Below, piece by piece: positions 12,301-26,056 of a DNA stretch of 64,000 nucleotides (positions are counted from its first letter, which is position 1; the number at the start of each line of letters is the position of its first letter). Where the stretch lies: positions 12,958,001 to 13,022,000 of the forward strand of contig OZ365112.1 in NCBI GenBank assembly GCA_977030845.1. Reading direction: 5' to 3'. The notes under the pieces are model-generated. The model was not told the DNA's origin. It made no database searches and worked only from the letters and a program-made list of their open reading frames with translations. The stretch comes from Fimbriosthenelais zetlandica (taxonomy: Eukaryota). A program made the translations under genes and the position numbers.

Positions 12301-14117
12301 CGTTCCCACCCTTCCCCTAACGCTTATATCATGGTGAATATGTAGTTAAATACGGGGGCTCACAGTATTCCAAAGCGATCGTATCTCACACTATAATGAT
12401 ACAGATCTCATAATGGATTATATTGAGCCTTTAGTTGGCCGATTAAACCTATAATTGGCCAAGTCTGCACTCAAATAAAATACAAATCATCAAAGTTTTT
12501 CAGTGCAAGGCGGACGGTTTATTTCTCAGTATAGCCAGTTTTATAGCCACAAGCTTGGGGAATATATTTTACAGTGTACTAAGAGCGGTGGGCCTAGCCA
12601 TGAATGGCCATGGTCCCAATGCATAGACAACCTCAGTGTCATGAAAATGTGAGACAAAATACAACAAAGTATCAACAGCTAGGTTCATTAATGACAAATG
12701 TTCTTGGAATGATATGAGACCGCATCTAAAGCGAGGCGGTTGTCCAACAACCATGGATGGAATGTAATATAATTATTCTTTGATAAAATCCACCAAATTG
12801 TTTATAACATTAACAACTCACACATTTTGGACGGCATAACATCAAAAGATAGGACATTTCACAACAAGTTCAAAAATTTAATTTAGAAGATAACTTAAAA
12901 GACACCGAACACATCTTAGAGGAATACAAAGAAACGCTGGACAGATATTGATGGCGGGAAAGCATCTGATAATTTATATATTGAAAATTGTATTGAAGAT
13001 ACATTTTAACACGAATATTTGTACAATTTTCACATGACACAAATAATTTGTTTCCTAATCTCATGAATATTTGGACATTCAATATTGATTTCATCATTAT
13101 TGAATAACATTCAACTCAATATATACTACTGAAATGTGGAGGTCATTACAACTCAGTTCTTAGTACATTTATAGCAAATCTCATAGTAAATTGGTTTTGA
13201 ATACTAGTGGACGTCTGTACTATTATAATAGCTAGCAATAATCTTACAAAAAGACTCATGAGCTTTGGACGGTATTCATCATTTCATTGAGAACAGTAAA
13301 CAGGGTTATGTAGATGCAAAAGCATCTTATCTCTATTATATAACAGATCAAAAGATGGCAGAGTAACATATCACTATTAATGGACGGTGGTAGCGATATA
13401 TGCTACAGTCAATGCTGAACAAATCTATCATGCATGAGATTCGAAATGATTTTCAGAAATTTCTTCATAAAACTACTTTAGAACTCTAACCTATTTGTGC
13501 ACATAGAAAGTTTATGTTGAGCTTCAAGTAATGTACTTAGGAAGGCGTGTGGGCCAGAACTACATTTAGCCCCATAGAGGTGAGAATATGAGTGTTACAT
13601 TATATTGAATCACGAATTATTATTAATCTAATTTCTATATTCTATAATACCACATCTAGCTTAGCTGATTTCTATCGAGTTCTATTTGCGTCTCATTCCA
13701 ATTTAGACATTGCGATAATAAATAAATTAACAATACATGAACCAATGGGCATAAATAACCAGGAATCTGTAATTACTTCATACTAAGAGTGAGACACGTA
13801 CCTCGGCTGTATTTTCAGCAGTGATTATTCTAATCCAATGCGGAATAAGAACACTATAATCTACCTCTCTTGAGACCTTACATCTGCTACCATCCCTTGC
13901 TGCAAAACCACGTACCCTCAGTCAACCCACCTAGATACTGATGTAGAACTTTAATACTTTTAAATGTCCCTTATCCAAAACCATAATTTACAAAAATCAA
14001 AATATCAAAGAAAAGGTGACAAAAACTTGCCATATCTGAGAAGCTCATGTTTCTACTGCTGCACACGAGGCCAGCGTTGCCCAAGTTGAACCTGTATATT
14101 ATATAAAGATGACTGAG

Positions 14118-14131
14118 GTTGCCATGACAAC
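14118..14131. promoter_or_regulatory. RFX X-box consensus match in the IFT140 3' UTR
   Basis: GTTGCCATGACAAC, 8 nt downstream of the IFT140 stop codon (14140-14142). Confidence 0.5.
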
Positions 14132-14139
14132 GAGCATCA

Positions 14140-17100
14140 TCAGCAGACCGAGTCATCATTGGGGAAATCATCCACCACGTCTTCTTCCACCTCTTCCCCC
14201 TCCTCTTCCTCGCCCGCTCCACCCATTTGGATGCCGTTGACAGCAGACTTGGGAAGGGGAATGTCTAACGCGCGATGAATGGCTTCTATGGTTCGTACGT
14301 TGATATAAAATGCCGGGTTCGCCTTGGGAATGCGTGACCTCATCTCCTCCATGCATGAGTAGGCCTACATAAAGAGAACAGATATGTCTCTTTAAAAAGA
14401 AATAGAAATGTTTTTCTAAACATTTCGTTTTGGATGCCAAGAAGTATCAGAGTCAACGACCAAGTTCTACTCACCGCCTTCCACTTCTCTCTCTTGGCGT
14501 AGTGTTCTATGATGAAACCAAAGACATCACCAATACGGACAGCATCGTCCAGATGCTGCTCCTCTAACAACACCTGGCACTGCTTGATGCCTTCCTCAGA
14601 ATCCTCATCATATGTCCTGCAGTGGACAAATCTTTCTTTCATTTTGATTATTCTATTTACATGGAAGGTAGGAAGAAAGGACGGAANNNNNNNNNNNNNN
14701 NNNNNNNNNNNNNNNNNNNNNNNNNNNNNNNNNNNNNNNNNNNNNNNNNNNNNNNNNNNNNNNNNNNNNNNNNNNNNNNNNNNNNNNNNNNNNNNNNNNN
14801 NNNNNNNNNNNNNNNNGGAAGGAACGAATGAAAGAAATACTGAACAACTTACCTTCGAGCTGTGACAAATTTCTTGATGAGCATAATCTTGTTCTTCAGT
14901 TCACCTAATCGTTCCTCTTGTACGGATGCGTTCTTCACTTTTGCTTTAGTCATACACTTGTAGGCCTCACTCAATGCACCCAGAGCTTTATCATAGTTCT
15001 GATACTCGTCAATCTCAACCTGAATCAACCAGTATCACCATGTCACATCTAAAACAATTCTTTTCACTAAGCCAATGGACTGCGTTGAATTACCACTAGA
15101 CAAGATTAGGCCATCTGTATTAAATGTTGTTTCTCATGACTCCCAATAAGAAACAACATTCATTAGGGATGCCCTAATGGGGCTATCTTCATATCCTACC
15201 TGGGCACAAGCATCATAGAATCCAGCAAGAAGCTCCAGTGCACGACCTTTGGTGTAGAAACCAATAATGTTCTTCATGATCTCTGGATCCTTTCTCCAGT
15301 CTAGAGACTGTAAGTAGTTAGCTGCCATCACATAAATCTCTTTTTGTCTTGATACTCCAGCGAAGAAGACTATCTTTTCTGTGTCGCCAGATTTCAACAG
15401 GGCTTTCATGGCCTAGACAATTATCAGAAATGAAGATTCATTGAGAAATTGGGTAAAAAAAGAAAAGAAGTTCACAGAAATCTCAAATCCGGTAAAAAAC
15501 AAAGTTTAAAAGTAGTAAAATAATGTGATTACCTTGACTTTGTTGCCGGCTTGAGTGTACTTTTTCGTGGCTAAATGATACTGTCTTTGCTGCATGCACA
15601 CTTCAGCAATACCTTCCAGTATTTTCGTCCTCTCCTCTGAATCATTCTCATTCGTACTCTCCTTAGGCGGGGTGAGTTTTTCAACTAATTCTTCTGTCAT
15701 AGGAACATGCTGGGCCATACACAACTTTAACGCCTCCCAATACTGAAAAAGTCCAGAAAATACACAATGAATCCAAAGCTTATTTGACTAGATTAAATTT
15801 AAAGCTCAAGTACAGAAGTCCAACTTCACCTTCTTGGCAGCACCAAGTAAATCCACTGCTCGGTCAAACTGGCTGTTTTCTGTGAAGAAGTCGGCACATC
15901 TTTGCAGTAACTCTGGGTCTGTTTTGTCATCCAAGTCTTCAGAGATCATCTGAAGTGCTCCGAACTGTTTGGTTGTGAAAGCCAGGTCCAATGCTTTGGA
16001 GAAGTTACCAGCCTGGAAAAATCAAACAAGGGTCATGAAAGATTGAAGACAAGAAGTTGTCTGAAATCTTTAATAAATGTTGGTATATTTGACATGTACT
16101 GTACCTTGTGATAGAGCATGACAGCCTTGTCCTGGTGGCCTGGTTTAAACTCATAATAACGAGCTGCGTCCATCATGCTCTCTGGACGGGCCAGCAATGC
16201 TAGGTTCATCAACTGATCCTCCATTCCGTGTTCCTAGTACATACATATTACATTGATATATATGATCAGTTACGAGAAAAGAAATTCAAAGCCAATCCTG
16301 AGATTGTTGGGTATCGATATTAGAAAAGTACTTACCTTACATAAGCGGATTGCATTGCCATAAGCTCTGGCCCTTGTGAAGAAATGTATGGCTTCCTTTA
16401 TCATATCATTATTCTCAAACTGGCGACCGAGGTGGTAGCAAGCGGCGGGGTCGCCCGTCTCATTACAGATCTCAGCAGCCTTCTCCATGTTACCACAGTA
16501 ACAGTAGACGCGGACCAGGGATAGGTAGTCCCGGGAAAGTTCGTAGTTCAGCAGAGCTGTGTCCATCTCACCTGTACTCTCCATGTACTGAGCCCACCAT
16601 TTCAATAAAGCACTGAAAAGGATGGAGGCAATTTAACATAAGGATGGTGAAAATACTGTACTGATTTTATTTGTATTTCATATTTAAGACATAATATTGG
16701 TTGGCCTATATTTAAGATTTTAAGAGAGTATAATTATTACCTCTGTATGCATATTAAAGATCGTATATTACCCCAGTTGGCCTATCATTATCACTATTGA
16801 AATCACGTATCAAAATATTTCAACTCACGGATCTTTTTTGTTGGTGATGTAGCCTTCCAATGCTTGCGGTTCATCAAACAACATTCTTGGTACTTCAAAC
16901 CGAAATGTTTCCGATCGTTCATAACTGAAACGGACAAAATGGCCGATTCCTGATGAACAACGGAACGCATCGACATGTTTCTTTCGAAATATATTCTGTT
17001 CTTCTTGCCAGCATTTCCCGCTTGATAGCTTAACTCTTTTGTAAACTTATTGAAGCTAGTGTTAGATAACGGTAACTGAACAGTTAACACTAAGTTAGGT

Positions 17101-20100
17101 AAAGATTAACTAGGCACATACTTGGGAATGGCACCGTTGATGTCGCCCTTAGCTTCCAGGTGTTTGGCGTAGTTGTAATAAGTTGTTCTCAGGTGAACAC
17201 GATCAAACATCTCTGCTGTCTCCATGGCCTTTTACACAGAGGGAAAATATTCAAGCATATATTATTTAAAATATATTTAAAATAACAGCATAATTCAGAT
17301 GCATTAGGAACATTATTCATGTTTAAGAATAATCTATTATATTATGTGCTTTTAACAACAGTTTATTATAAAGCATACAAAGTAAACTTACTTTCCCCCA
17401 TTGTCCACTGCTCTGGTAAAAATCATTGAGCAAATCATACCGCTTACAGTTCTTCAAGAGCCTCTCTGCGTCATCCTGAAATTAGAAATAAATATTTTTT
17501 CATGAAAAACGTCCACCTCCTTAGACCAGAAAAACATTTTTTTAAATCATAAACTGCATAAATAATTTGAAAATAAAGTTTCTAGTGGAGAAAGTAACTT
17601 CACCCACCTGTAGGCCTAGTTGTATAGCCAGACAGGCTACTTTAGCGTCTAGTTCTGGTTCTTTAGCTGATTCTCTCATGGCTTTAGCACCGCGTGCATG
17701 ACCCATGTTACCAAGACACACTGAGGCTACATCCAAACGACGGCTCTTCACACACATTTTGGCCATGTTCTCCCAAACTGATTCACTAAATAAATGATAG
17801 AAATTCTCATAAGATGACCTCAAATCAAATGAAAAGTACAATGATAAGTTTTATACTTTTTGAAAATACCCAGAAATGCAAAGATTTGATTATATTTCAT
17901 TTTCACATTTCTTCAACATTACTATCTCTCAAGATTACAGTCTGAATATAGTAAAATAAACTTGGGTTACCTTTTGATTAGTTTGATAGACTTGAAAGCC
18001 TCATCCATGTTGCCTATCGTCAGGTAGTAACTGAAGTTCATCATGGCATCTATAGCATTCTTATCCGCGTTCTCTAGTCCCACAAAGTCCCTCATTGTCC
18101 TCCTGTTCACTATCCTCTGGAAGCCAGCTGTATTAGGCTGCTGCTCAACTCCCGTCCCGTCTTGTTCTTTACTTGGTTCATCTTTAGCTTCTTCTGACTG
18201 TTAGGATTTTAAAATATTAGTTTAAATTTTAAATTTAAAACTGGTTTGAATACAAATAACTAAACACAATGTACTGTAAAATGAGAAGGTGTACCTTTTT
18301 CATGAAGTAGTAGTAAGGTACATCGACACCCATCAGTCGGTGGTTCTGGTGTGGCATGGCAAAGCTGTCTTGGATGAGGACTCCATTTTCAGGCGTGACG
18401 AAAAGTGGCACTATCATGACTTCCACCTGCAAAGCAAAGCATCATTTTATCTAGTACATGTATGTATAACTTTTAGGAAAATTCGCAGTAGCTTTCAAGC
18501 GATGTATCAAACTATACAATTAGATAACATTGAGATTCAAATAAAGTACTGACCTTTTCGTCCATGGTTCTCTTGCCCAGTGATTTAGAGGGAGAGCTGG
18601 GACTGAAGGCTGTATTTTTCCCAGATTGATCCATGGGTAAGATTTTAGCTTCACACACCAATAGTTTGGTCTCCTTGGCGTCCCACTGGTGGGAGATAGG
18701 ATGACGTCCAGCAATGTCTTTTGCTGCCTGATTCTTACCCCTGAAAACATATAGTTTTCATTTAAAATAACTGATCCAACTCACAACATCAAACAGAAAT
18801 ATGCCCACTAACCGAAACGACCAAGCCACCCTGGCCTCCAAAGCTGAGTTTAATATTGAAGTAACTTTTGTCAGCTGATAGATAAGATAGGGTTCCATGA
18901 TAGACTAGGATGGAGGATGGACTAGGACTTACTTGTCTACATCAGAGACATCTTTTTCGCCCTCGTTACTCATGGCCATGTACTCGTCTTGCTCTCCTCG
19001 CCCAGTCTCAAAGTTAAAGTACTGTACGGTGTCTAGTTCTACATCCCAGAAGTAAAGCTTAGGATCCGGAGATCCATTTGGCTGTAAGAGAAATGGTATA
19101 AGATGTATATTCCGCCCGCCCGATTGGTATTTGTTAAAGAATATAAAATACATACATCCAGGAATTGCAATTCACATCCTGTATGAATAATTTCCAAAAT
19201 TTTAATTATTTCCGATCTAATGCATTTAAGATAATTCAGATAAAATCCCGGTAGACATTTATCATAAATTATATATTTTATAATATAATAACTTACTTTG
19301 GCCAAAGCAATGCTCACGCGGCTGCCATTTGTGTTACATTTAACAGAGACGAGAACGCCAAAGTCTGATATCACGTCAGCCAACTGCTTGGATGATCCGT
19401 GCTGTTTGGCTTCCCTACAATAAATTATTAATGCTCGTCAATAAATTTGGATACAAGTTAAAAGTGGACAACAATTTTTGCAAAATAATGCTTACAATAG
19501 TTAAATTTAAGTGGCTTAGAATCAGGAACCTGAGACTGAACTCACCTTCTAGAGAGATCAAAGACTTTGATGCATCCTGAGGAGGAACCTATAACTAGAA
19601 AGTGACCACAAACATCCATGGATATAGGGTCACCCTCCGACTCCTGAAAGTTTATCACTTGTTTCACAGTCCCCTGGAAGGTTCGCACTTGTACCTTGCC
19701 AGGATCAAGAGTATAGATATTCTGTTCATGAATACATATCAGTGACGTTTCAGTGGAAAATGTTCCTGCAAGAAAGACAAGATATCGTCCATACATAGAT
19801 AATTTAATAATTTTCGCATAGAAAAGTACATTCTTAGAATCTGTATTTCAAATGATGAAATATCAGAACCCACCTGCAACTCTTACTGTGCTGCCATCTG
19901 GTATTATTTCATACACAATGGCACGCTGACCATCCAAAACAGCAATGGCTTCCTAAACAGCAAATAGATCATAGCAAAAGGTTCATATTAGATGAGATTC
20001 AAAATGAACTGAGTTGAGACGAAAAGATGGAAAATATTCATTGATTTCTTCCTTTTACTGACAGGGATCGGGAGGTCCTAAATTGAAGGTGCCATTTAGA

Positions 20101-22857
20101 AAAGCTTACCTTGGTGTTTGCAACATATTTTATCTGGACATCACTTTTGACATCATGATGACGGCTCGAGTCAAAGAGATCAACTGAGAGCTGGACAGGA
20201 CTCGTCTGTACTACAGCCACCTAAAAATAACAGTATACACAGTATAACTGATAGCTTACAGAAGATTCTATAGGGATTAAAATGGCATAAATGGTCCCAT
20301 CATACCTGATCTCTATAACTTGCGCTCATCACTTGTTCATTGAGAACGTACACATTGTCAATAGTGTTGACTGCCAGTAAATTTTTTGTTGAACCCCACT
20401 GAAAAAACAAATAAGAGGAAATGATATGGGAACTTATCTTGGCTTAGAAATATTAGAAAATCGGTTTCTATATAGGAGCTTGAAACACTTAGAGAGGCTA
20501 TGTTTAGAGGACTCACAGCTAGTGAAGACACGGGACCTTCTACTATTGATGGGGGTTGGAGCTTCCATTTGTCCTCTGGTTCCTCTTTATTGGAGGTGGT
20601 GTTAGTGACAATAGGTGAAAACTGCCACATGGCAACATGACCGGCTCCCGTACCTCCAGCTAAAACACCTAGTGACAACAATTAAAATAAGCAAAATTAA
20701 AGCAATCATTGTTACTTATCAAACTAATACAGTTCCTTAGTGAAATTATCATAAAGGAACATGCGTTAGATAATAGATATAGGTATATATAGGACTATTC
20801 AAATAATTCTATTGATGGAATTCATCCCAAATATAGAGAGTATAAAGATGTCCAATGTTTCACATACCTTTGTTAGGACAGAACGATATACATGTAATGA
20901 ACTCATTCATTTCATACCCAGGCTGACCCTCCAAATTAAGCACAAAGTTTTCTTCCTTTTCAAGATCCCACATCCTGCAATGATTTGTATGTATTAATTG
21001 AGTTTATATGACATAGTATTTCACAGAATTACAATTAACATTCACACTATGTACCAGGCTAAGAAATGTATACTGAAGCACGTTTCTTACCTGACAACAC
21101 TTTCACCTGTCGCTGTGCCAAGGATACCATTTCCAGCCCAAACAATGCATGGATTTTGTGATTTCCCACTCATTTTAACCTACAAAATAAACCTCTGGTG
21201 TAATACATGTCAGGCATTACAACTTGACAAAATATATTTTATATTTAATGGACTGAATGCATTTCTATTTTCAAAGATGCAAGTTTTAATATCTAGTTAT
21301 ACCTTTAACATTTCCCTCGTGTCGCCTTCCAGGTTGACTAAATGTTGACTTAACATCATGGTGGATGTGACGGTCACTAGGATATTCCTGGCGTCGTAAT
21401 AAAGGAGATTCCTCACGGGGCCATCAGCCACGAACACTTGGACCATTTTCATGGCCTCATTCAAATAATAAACGCCGCCTGCGAAGGAAAATGGAGATCT
21501 CAGAACACAGTGTAACTAAATAATGGAGATCCGTTCAGAAAATGAATGCAAGTCATTCCAATTTTCCATACAATTTCATAATATTATAGACATATTATTT
21601 ATAATATGATGAAGCTTTTAGGGAAGAACAATTGTTTGGTACCATTTTTTCCTCCTATGAAGAAGCACACGGCTTCCTGTGGACCGAGAAATGATGTGGA
21701 GATTCTGGGGTTCTTCCCTTTCTTCCAGTTGAACTGGTCCAAGGCGCTCTCGTCACCACTCACTGCCGCTCGGGCCAGGCTAACAATATCACTGAAACAA
21801 ACAGTTCATAATTAGCACAAAAAAAACTATTACTAGTATTAGACTTTCTATGCGGAATATAATCATCAGGAAATAAGAAGAGGTGTCATTGTTCATTTAT
21901 TTGCTTTTTTTTCTTTATTTACTGTATGTATGGTACATGTGAGGGGAATATAAGTTTTTGGGGTGGACTTACTATTGGGGATCTACAGGAGGTGGAGGCC
22001 GTAGAACTGCTGTACTGAGAGGTTCATTAATGATATGTTGACAGAGGACTGACTGGTGAGGCCGGCCGCGAGAATCAGTCTTCCACATAGCAACCAAACC
22101 ACTCTGAGATAAAAAAAAAAAAAAGAAAGAAAAAAAGACAAAGATTAAACTGAGTATGTAGATTAACTTGCAGCTCATGCATAATATACAGGACTGAGGA
22201 AGATTCAAAACAAAGCCAAAATATTGACAAATTTAATATTGTCCTTAAATAAGTCCTTCATTTTGTTATCAAGAAGTCTTTCGGGATTACTTAAATTAAT
22301 TTCAATTTGGATTTACAAAATTAATAGTGAAATCTATTCTCTATACTTACGGAATCTCCAGTCAGCAATCGGGTGCCATTTGATGTCCAGTTGAGGGTTT
22401 TAATGTCAGACTTGTGGAGGTGGATGGCTTCATACAGCTCATGGTCGTGCTCATTCCATATCTGAACTTCCCCACTTTCCCATCCTACTGCTAATATCTT
22501 CTTGGTGGGATGCCATTGAATGACGGTTGGGGCACACATACGAGTAAGTCCCTTACAGTCTTGGACCAACTCACCCTGTTTAAAAATATTAAACGAGGTT
22601 AATTCTTAGAACTACCATTAGATTAAATATGAAATAAAGTCTGATCAATTTCAATTCTATTCATAGGAAATTGAAATATATTATGGAATAAATTACATAA
22701 ATTTTAGTCACACCTCATTCACATAGAGAGAGATATTTCCCCCAGCCCCATCACTGTAAGATCCCACTGCTAGTGACTTGTGAATGTTGTGCCACACAAT
22801 ATGGGTGTAGGATCCAGACCCTGGCCCCTCCAACTTATGATCGAAGTACACGGCCAT
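14140..22857 (-). CDS. IFT140: Intraflagellar transport protein 140 (IFT-A; WD40 + TPR), 29 coding exons, about 1499 aa
   Basis: Start [15 protein letters not shown] at 22857. Diagnostic blocks: [81 protein letters not shown]. Acidic C-terminus. Exons: 22857-22714, 22575-22351, 22103-21973, 21791-21643, 21478-21303, 21179-21091, 20974-20868, 20668-20517, 20398-20306, 20220-20110, 19952-19874, 19765-19546, 19414-19297, 19081-18933, 18740-18554, 18426-18295, 18197-17971, 17785-17608, 17475-17392, 17228-17122, 16924-16829, 16612-16336, 16233-16105, 16012-15830, 15742-15533, 15412-15200, 15019-14853, 14616-14475, 14364-14140. They sum to 4500 nt in frame, and all introns are GT-AG. Confidence 0.97.
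14687..14816. other. Assembly gap (130 N) inside an IFT140 intron, flanked by GGAA-type repeats
   Basis: Run of N with ggaaggtaggaagaaaggacggaa on the left and ggaaggaacgaatgaaagaa on the right; probably a collapsed microsatellite. Confidence 0.9.
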
Positions 22858-23288
22858 TATGGTAGATCTGAAAGGTTAAGTAATACAGTAATTAATATAC
22901 GAGTCAACGTGACCATGAAACTAAACGATTTGATCATTTCCATGAACATGGCCCAGGAATTAATAATTAGTTTACTGCAATGACGTAGGCCCCTATAAAT
23001 AAGTACTTTCAATTTCAATACACATATTTTAGGACTAGGTCTAGGACTTTAACTAGATGCATGCATTTTTAATTAAAGTTTTTACTTCATTTTGAAAGAT
23101 ATACCTGTATCAAGACTAATATGACAACAATTTATGAGGAGCTCGATTTGAATATAATTTAGATCTTATTCTAACAATACATTCTAGTAGTCTAGGCCTT
23201 GCTCTAAATTTAAAACTCTTAAATTTAATTTTCTTGTTCCTAATAATATTCTACTCATTCAAAAAAAGACCAAATAATTTGTACTCAC

Positions 23289-23860
23289 CCTTGTGTTGAA
23301 TCAAGGTTTCGAAATACGACTTTACTTGGACCGGTTTTCCGAATAGTTCATGGGGTTTAACCCAAAACAAAAATCAAAAACTTGTGACCATTCACACGTT
23401 GATTTGTCTGATCAGAACAGTGTGTAGTGACTGAGTGGAGTCCTAGGATACCGCTAAACTTTAGATGTTCACAACCAGGAAAACAGATGATTTTCACTTT
23501 TGAGAGCTAACAGGTATTCAGCGATGTAGTTCCTACATGCATACTGTTTTTGGTAGTTGATAGTCCACAAATAGAGGACATTTTAAGGTAAATTCCGGAG
23601 AAATCCTACCGAAGTAAACAACACGCCACCATCTTTGCTTTTCAGGAATTCACGGGTCCCGGATGATGCCGGTGCGCGACACGTGTCGTAAAATCTCAAG
23701 TTATAGTTAAGTTATAGATCATTAAGTTATGGACTTATAGTTTTAATCATATGACCATATATTATGTGATAAATAACTTTTGTTTGCCTTTTTACATGGA
23801 ATTATCGTATTTGATTTCACGACAAACTTGTTGAAGTCACATGATCATACCAGAGTCAAA
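23289..23860. promoter_or_regulatory. Bidirectional promoter region shared by IFT140 (5' UTR exon ending at 23289) and DECR2
   Basis: Minus-strand donor AGG|GTGAGT at 23289 splices to the acceptor before the IFT140 ATG. CpG-richer core. Palindromic E-box CGACACGTGTCG at 23677-23688. YY1-like AAAATGGCGG over the DECR2 ATG. Confidence 0.6.
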
Positions 23861-26056
23861 ATGGCGGACGGACAGCCACAGGAGCGATGCATTCCCGAGT
23901 TCAAGTATCTTTTCGACCGAAATCTTTGCAAGTATGCATTGTCGACCGAGTTTAATTAACTCATGATGTAGTCTTGACTCTTTATTACTTGTTTCATAAT
24001 GACATGTGACCACAGTATCTTGTGTAAAGTCTGAAAGTAAGCTCTTATCGAACCCTAACCTTTGGCTTTGAGTCCGTCCCCAGGGCCAGGGGCGAGGCCC
24101 AGCCCAGTCGTGCGCGGCCCCGCCCTAGACCGGTGGCTATGCGGGGACGGAGACGATGCCAATTGCATGTCAAATTAAATTTTTAAGCAATTTATAACAA
24201 TCTGCTGACACCATAATTATTCTTATTGGGTCGAGGGATAGATATATGAAGCGTCTAGGATTAGGCCTACTTAGTACTGTAGGCCTGGCCTAGGTCTACA
24301 CTTTTCTAGCTAGCTAGCCTAGGCCAGCTAGGCCTATATTGATTTCTGACAGAAAGTCTGTTTGTTTTCAGAGGCAAAGTTGCATTCATCACTGGCGGTG
24401 GATCTGGGATAGGATTTACCATTGCGGAAATGTTACTTAGGTACAATTAGGCCTTCAATAACATTTTTCCTCTTGAGTTTCACAAATAAATTCTTTAGAA
24501 TTTCTTTTCCTAATTTCAGGCTATGACTTCTAAAGGCTATGTTCTATATTTTATCACCAGGCATGGGGCATCTGTCACTATTGCAAGTAGGAATGAACAG
24601 AGGTTGAAGTCAGCGGCAGCAATTTTAGAGGCTGAAACTGGAGGCCGCTGCTTGCATGTTATGATGGATGTAAGGAAGGTGAGAACCCTCAATGTTTGTC
24701 TATTATGATCCCAACAACATCATCGTCATTATTTGTCCCTAGTAATTATACATAATATATCCCGTTTTTAGCCTGAAACAATTGCTGATGCACTAGAGGC
24801 GACTCTTAGCAAGTTTGGCAGAATTGACATCCTTGTAAATAGTAAGTAACTGAGATAAATTGTTGAATTAATTGAATATAATTATTTGAAGTTGATTTGA
24901 ATTAAATTTGGAATACTTGCACTGTATATGGATAAATCAGATTATAAATATGCTATCACCAATTCACCATAATACAGCGTCATGGCCGTGGGTAACAGAA
25001 TGTTCATTTAATTCTGTGAACAGATGCTGCTGGAAATTTCCTGTCTCCCATTACTGGTCTTTCCTTTAATGCATTCCGAACCGTCATGGAAATCGATACC
25101 ATGGGCACCTTTAACACCAGCAAGTTGGTTTTTGAGAAATGGTTCCAGGTAAAGCAGTTGTTAAACATGAAATATATGTAACTGATAATAGGCCTACCGT
25201 TTAATTAAATTTCAATTTGCCTTCAGATATATAGACCTAAAATTTTTGGAAATGTACCCGGAAAACGGTTTACAGCAGTAATAAGAAGTACATTGTACTC
25301 TTGCTGAAGTACTTAAATTGACTTTTCAAATTCTTCTCCCCATTTCAGAACCATGGAGGCGTTATAGTTAATATAACAGCTACATTGGCGTACAGAGGCA
25401 CCATATTACAAGCTCATGCAGGCGCAGCCAAGGCAGCCATAGGTAAGAATATCTTAACAATTTTGTCACCAGAATCCAAATTCAAAATTAATTAATTTAC
25501 ATCAAAACACATGGAATGGGCGTTTGATTTCTTGTAGATATTTGTACCTTTTATCAGCCTGTTTTATCCTATGGAAGTTTACTCTAGCTTTTGATATTTT
25601 CAGATGCACTGACAAAACACATGGCAATGGAATGGGCTGAGAGTGGGGTCCGCGTTATAGGAATCGCTCCTGGTCCAATAGCTGACACTGTAGGAATGAG
25701 GAAATTAGGTGAAATTTGCGTTTATTTACTATTTATTTTTAATTCAATTTTTAAATGTAAACTGGCTTGCTGATTCCTTTTAAAACTTTTAATCCTACAT
25801 TGAAGAAGATAATAAAGATCCACGAATTCCTCTTCCAGGTGGGGAAAATACTGACTACGTTCGACATGCAATTCCCATCGGTCGGGTGGGGACCCGTGCT
25901 GATATTGGTAACGCAGTTCTGTTCGTATCGAGCGAGTGTGGATCTTTTATATCAGGAGAAACTATAGTGGTAGATGGCGCCTCCTGGATGTCTGAGCCAA
26001 ATAACATGGCTATAGCGAGAGATAGGTTCGCACGTATCACGAAGAGCAAGATGTAG
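23861..26056 (+). CDS. DECR2: Peroxisomal 2,4-dienoyl-CoA reductase (SDR family), 8 exons, 289 aa
   Basis: Exons 23861-23931, 24372-24440, 24561-24678, 24772-24841, 25024-25148, 25349-25442, 25604-25708, 25839-26056 (870 nt). Motifs: [47 protein letters not shown]. Ends ...ITKSKM* (PTS1-type). AATAAA at 26496. Confidence 0.95.

Noticed and set aside
8600-13100. Transposase, reverse transcriptase or hidden exons in the LU-IFT140 intergenic ORFs
   Set aside because: No DDE, YXDD, zinc-knuckle or integrase motifs, and no consistent exon chain.
14137-14142. Selenocysteine or readthrough at the IFT140 TGA
   Set aside because: Two TGAs in tandem at the position where orthologues end, and no SECIS-like structure was seen.
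14509-14868. ORFs spanning the N run
   Set aside because: Artefacts of translating the assembly gap.
14140-22857. Minor-spliceosome (U12) or GC-AG introns in IFT140
   Set aside because: All 28 coding-region introns are GT-AG with ordinary donors; the only oddity is an AAG acceptor at 17229-17231.
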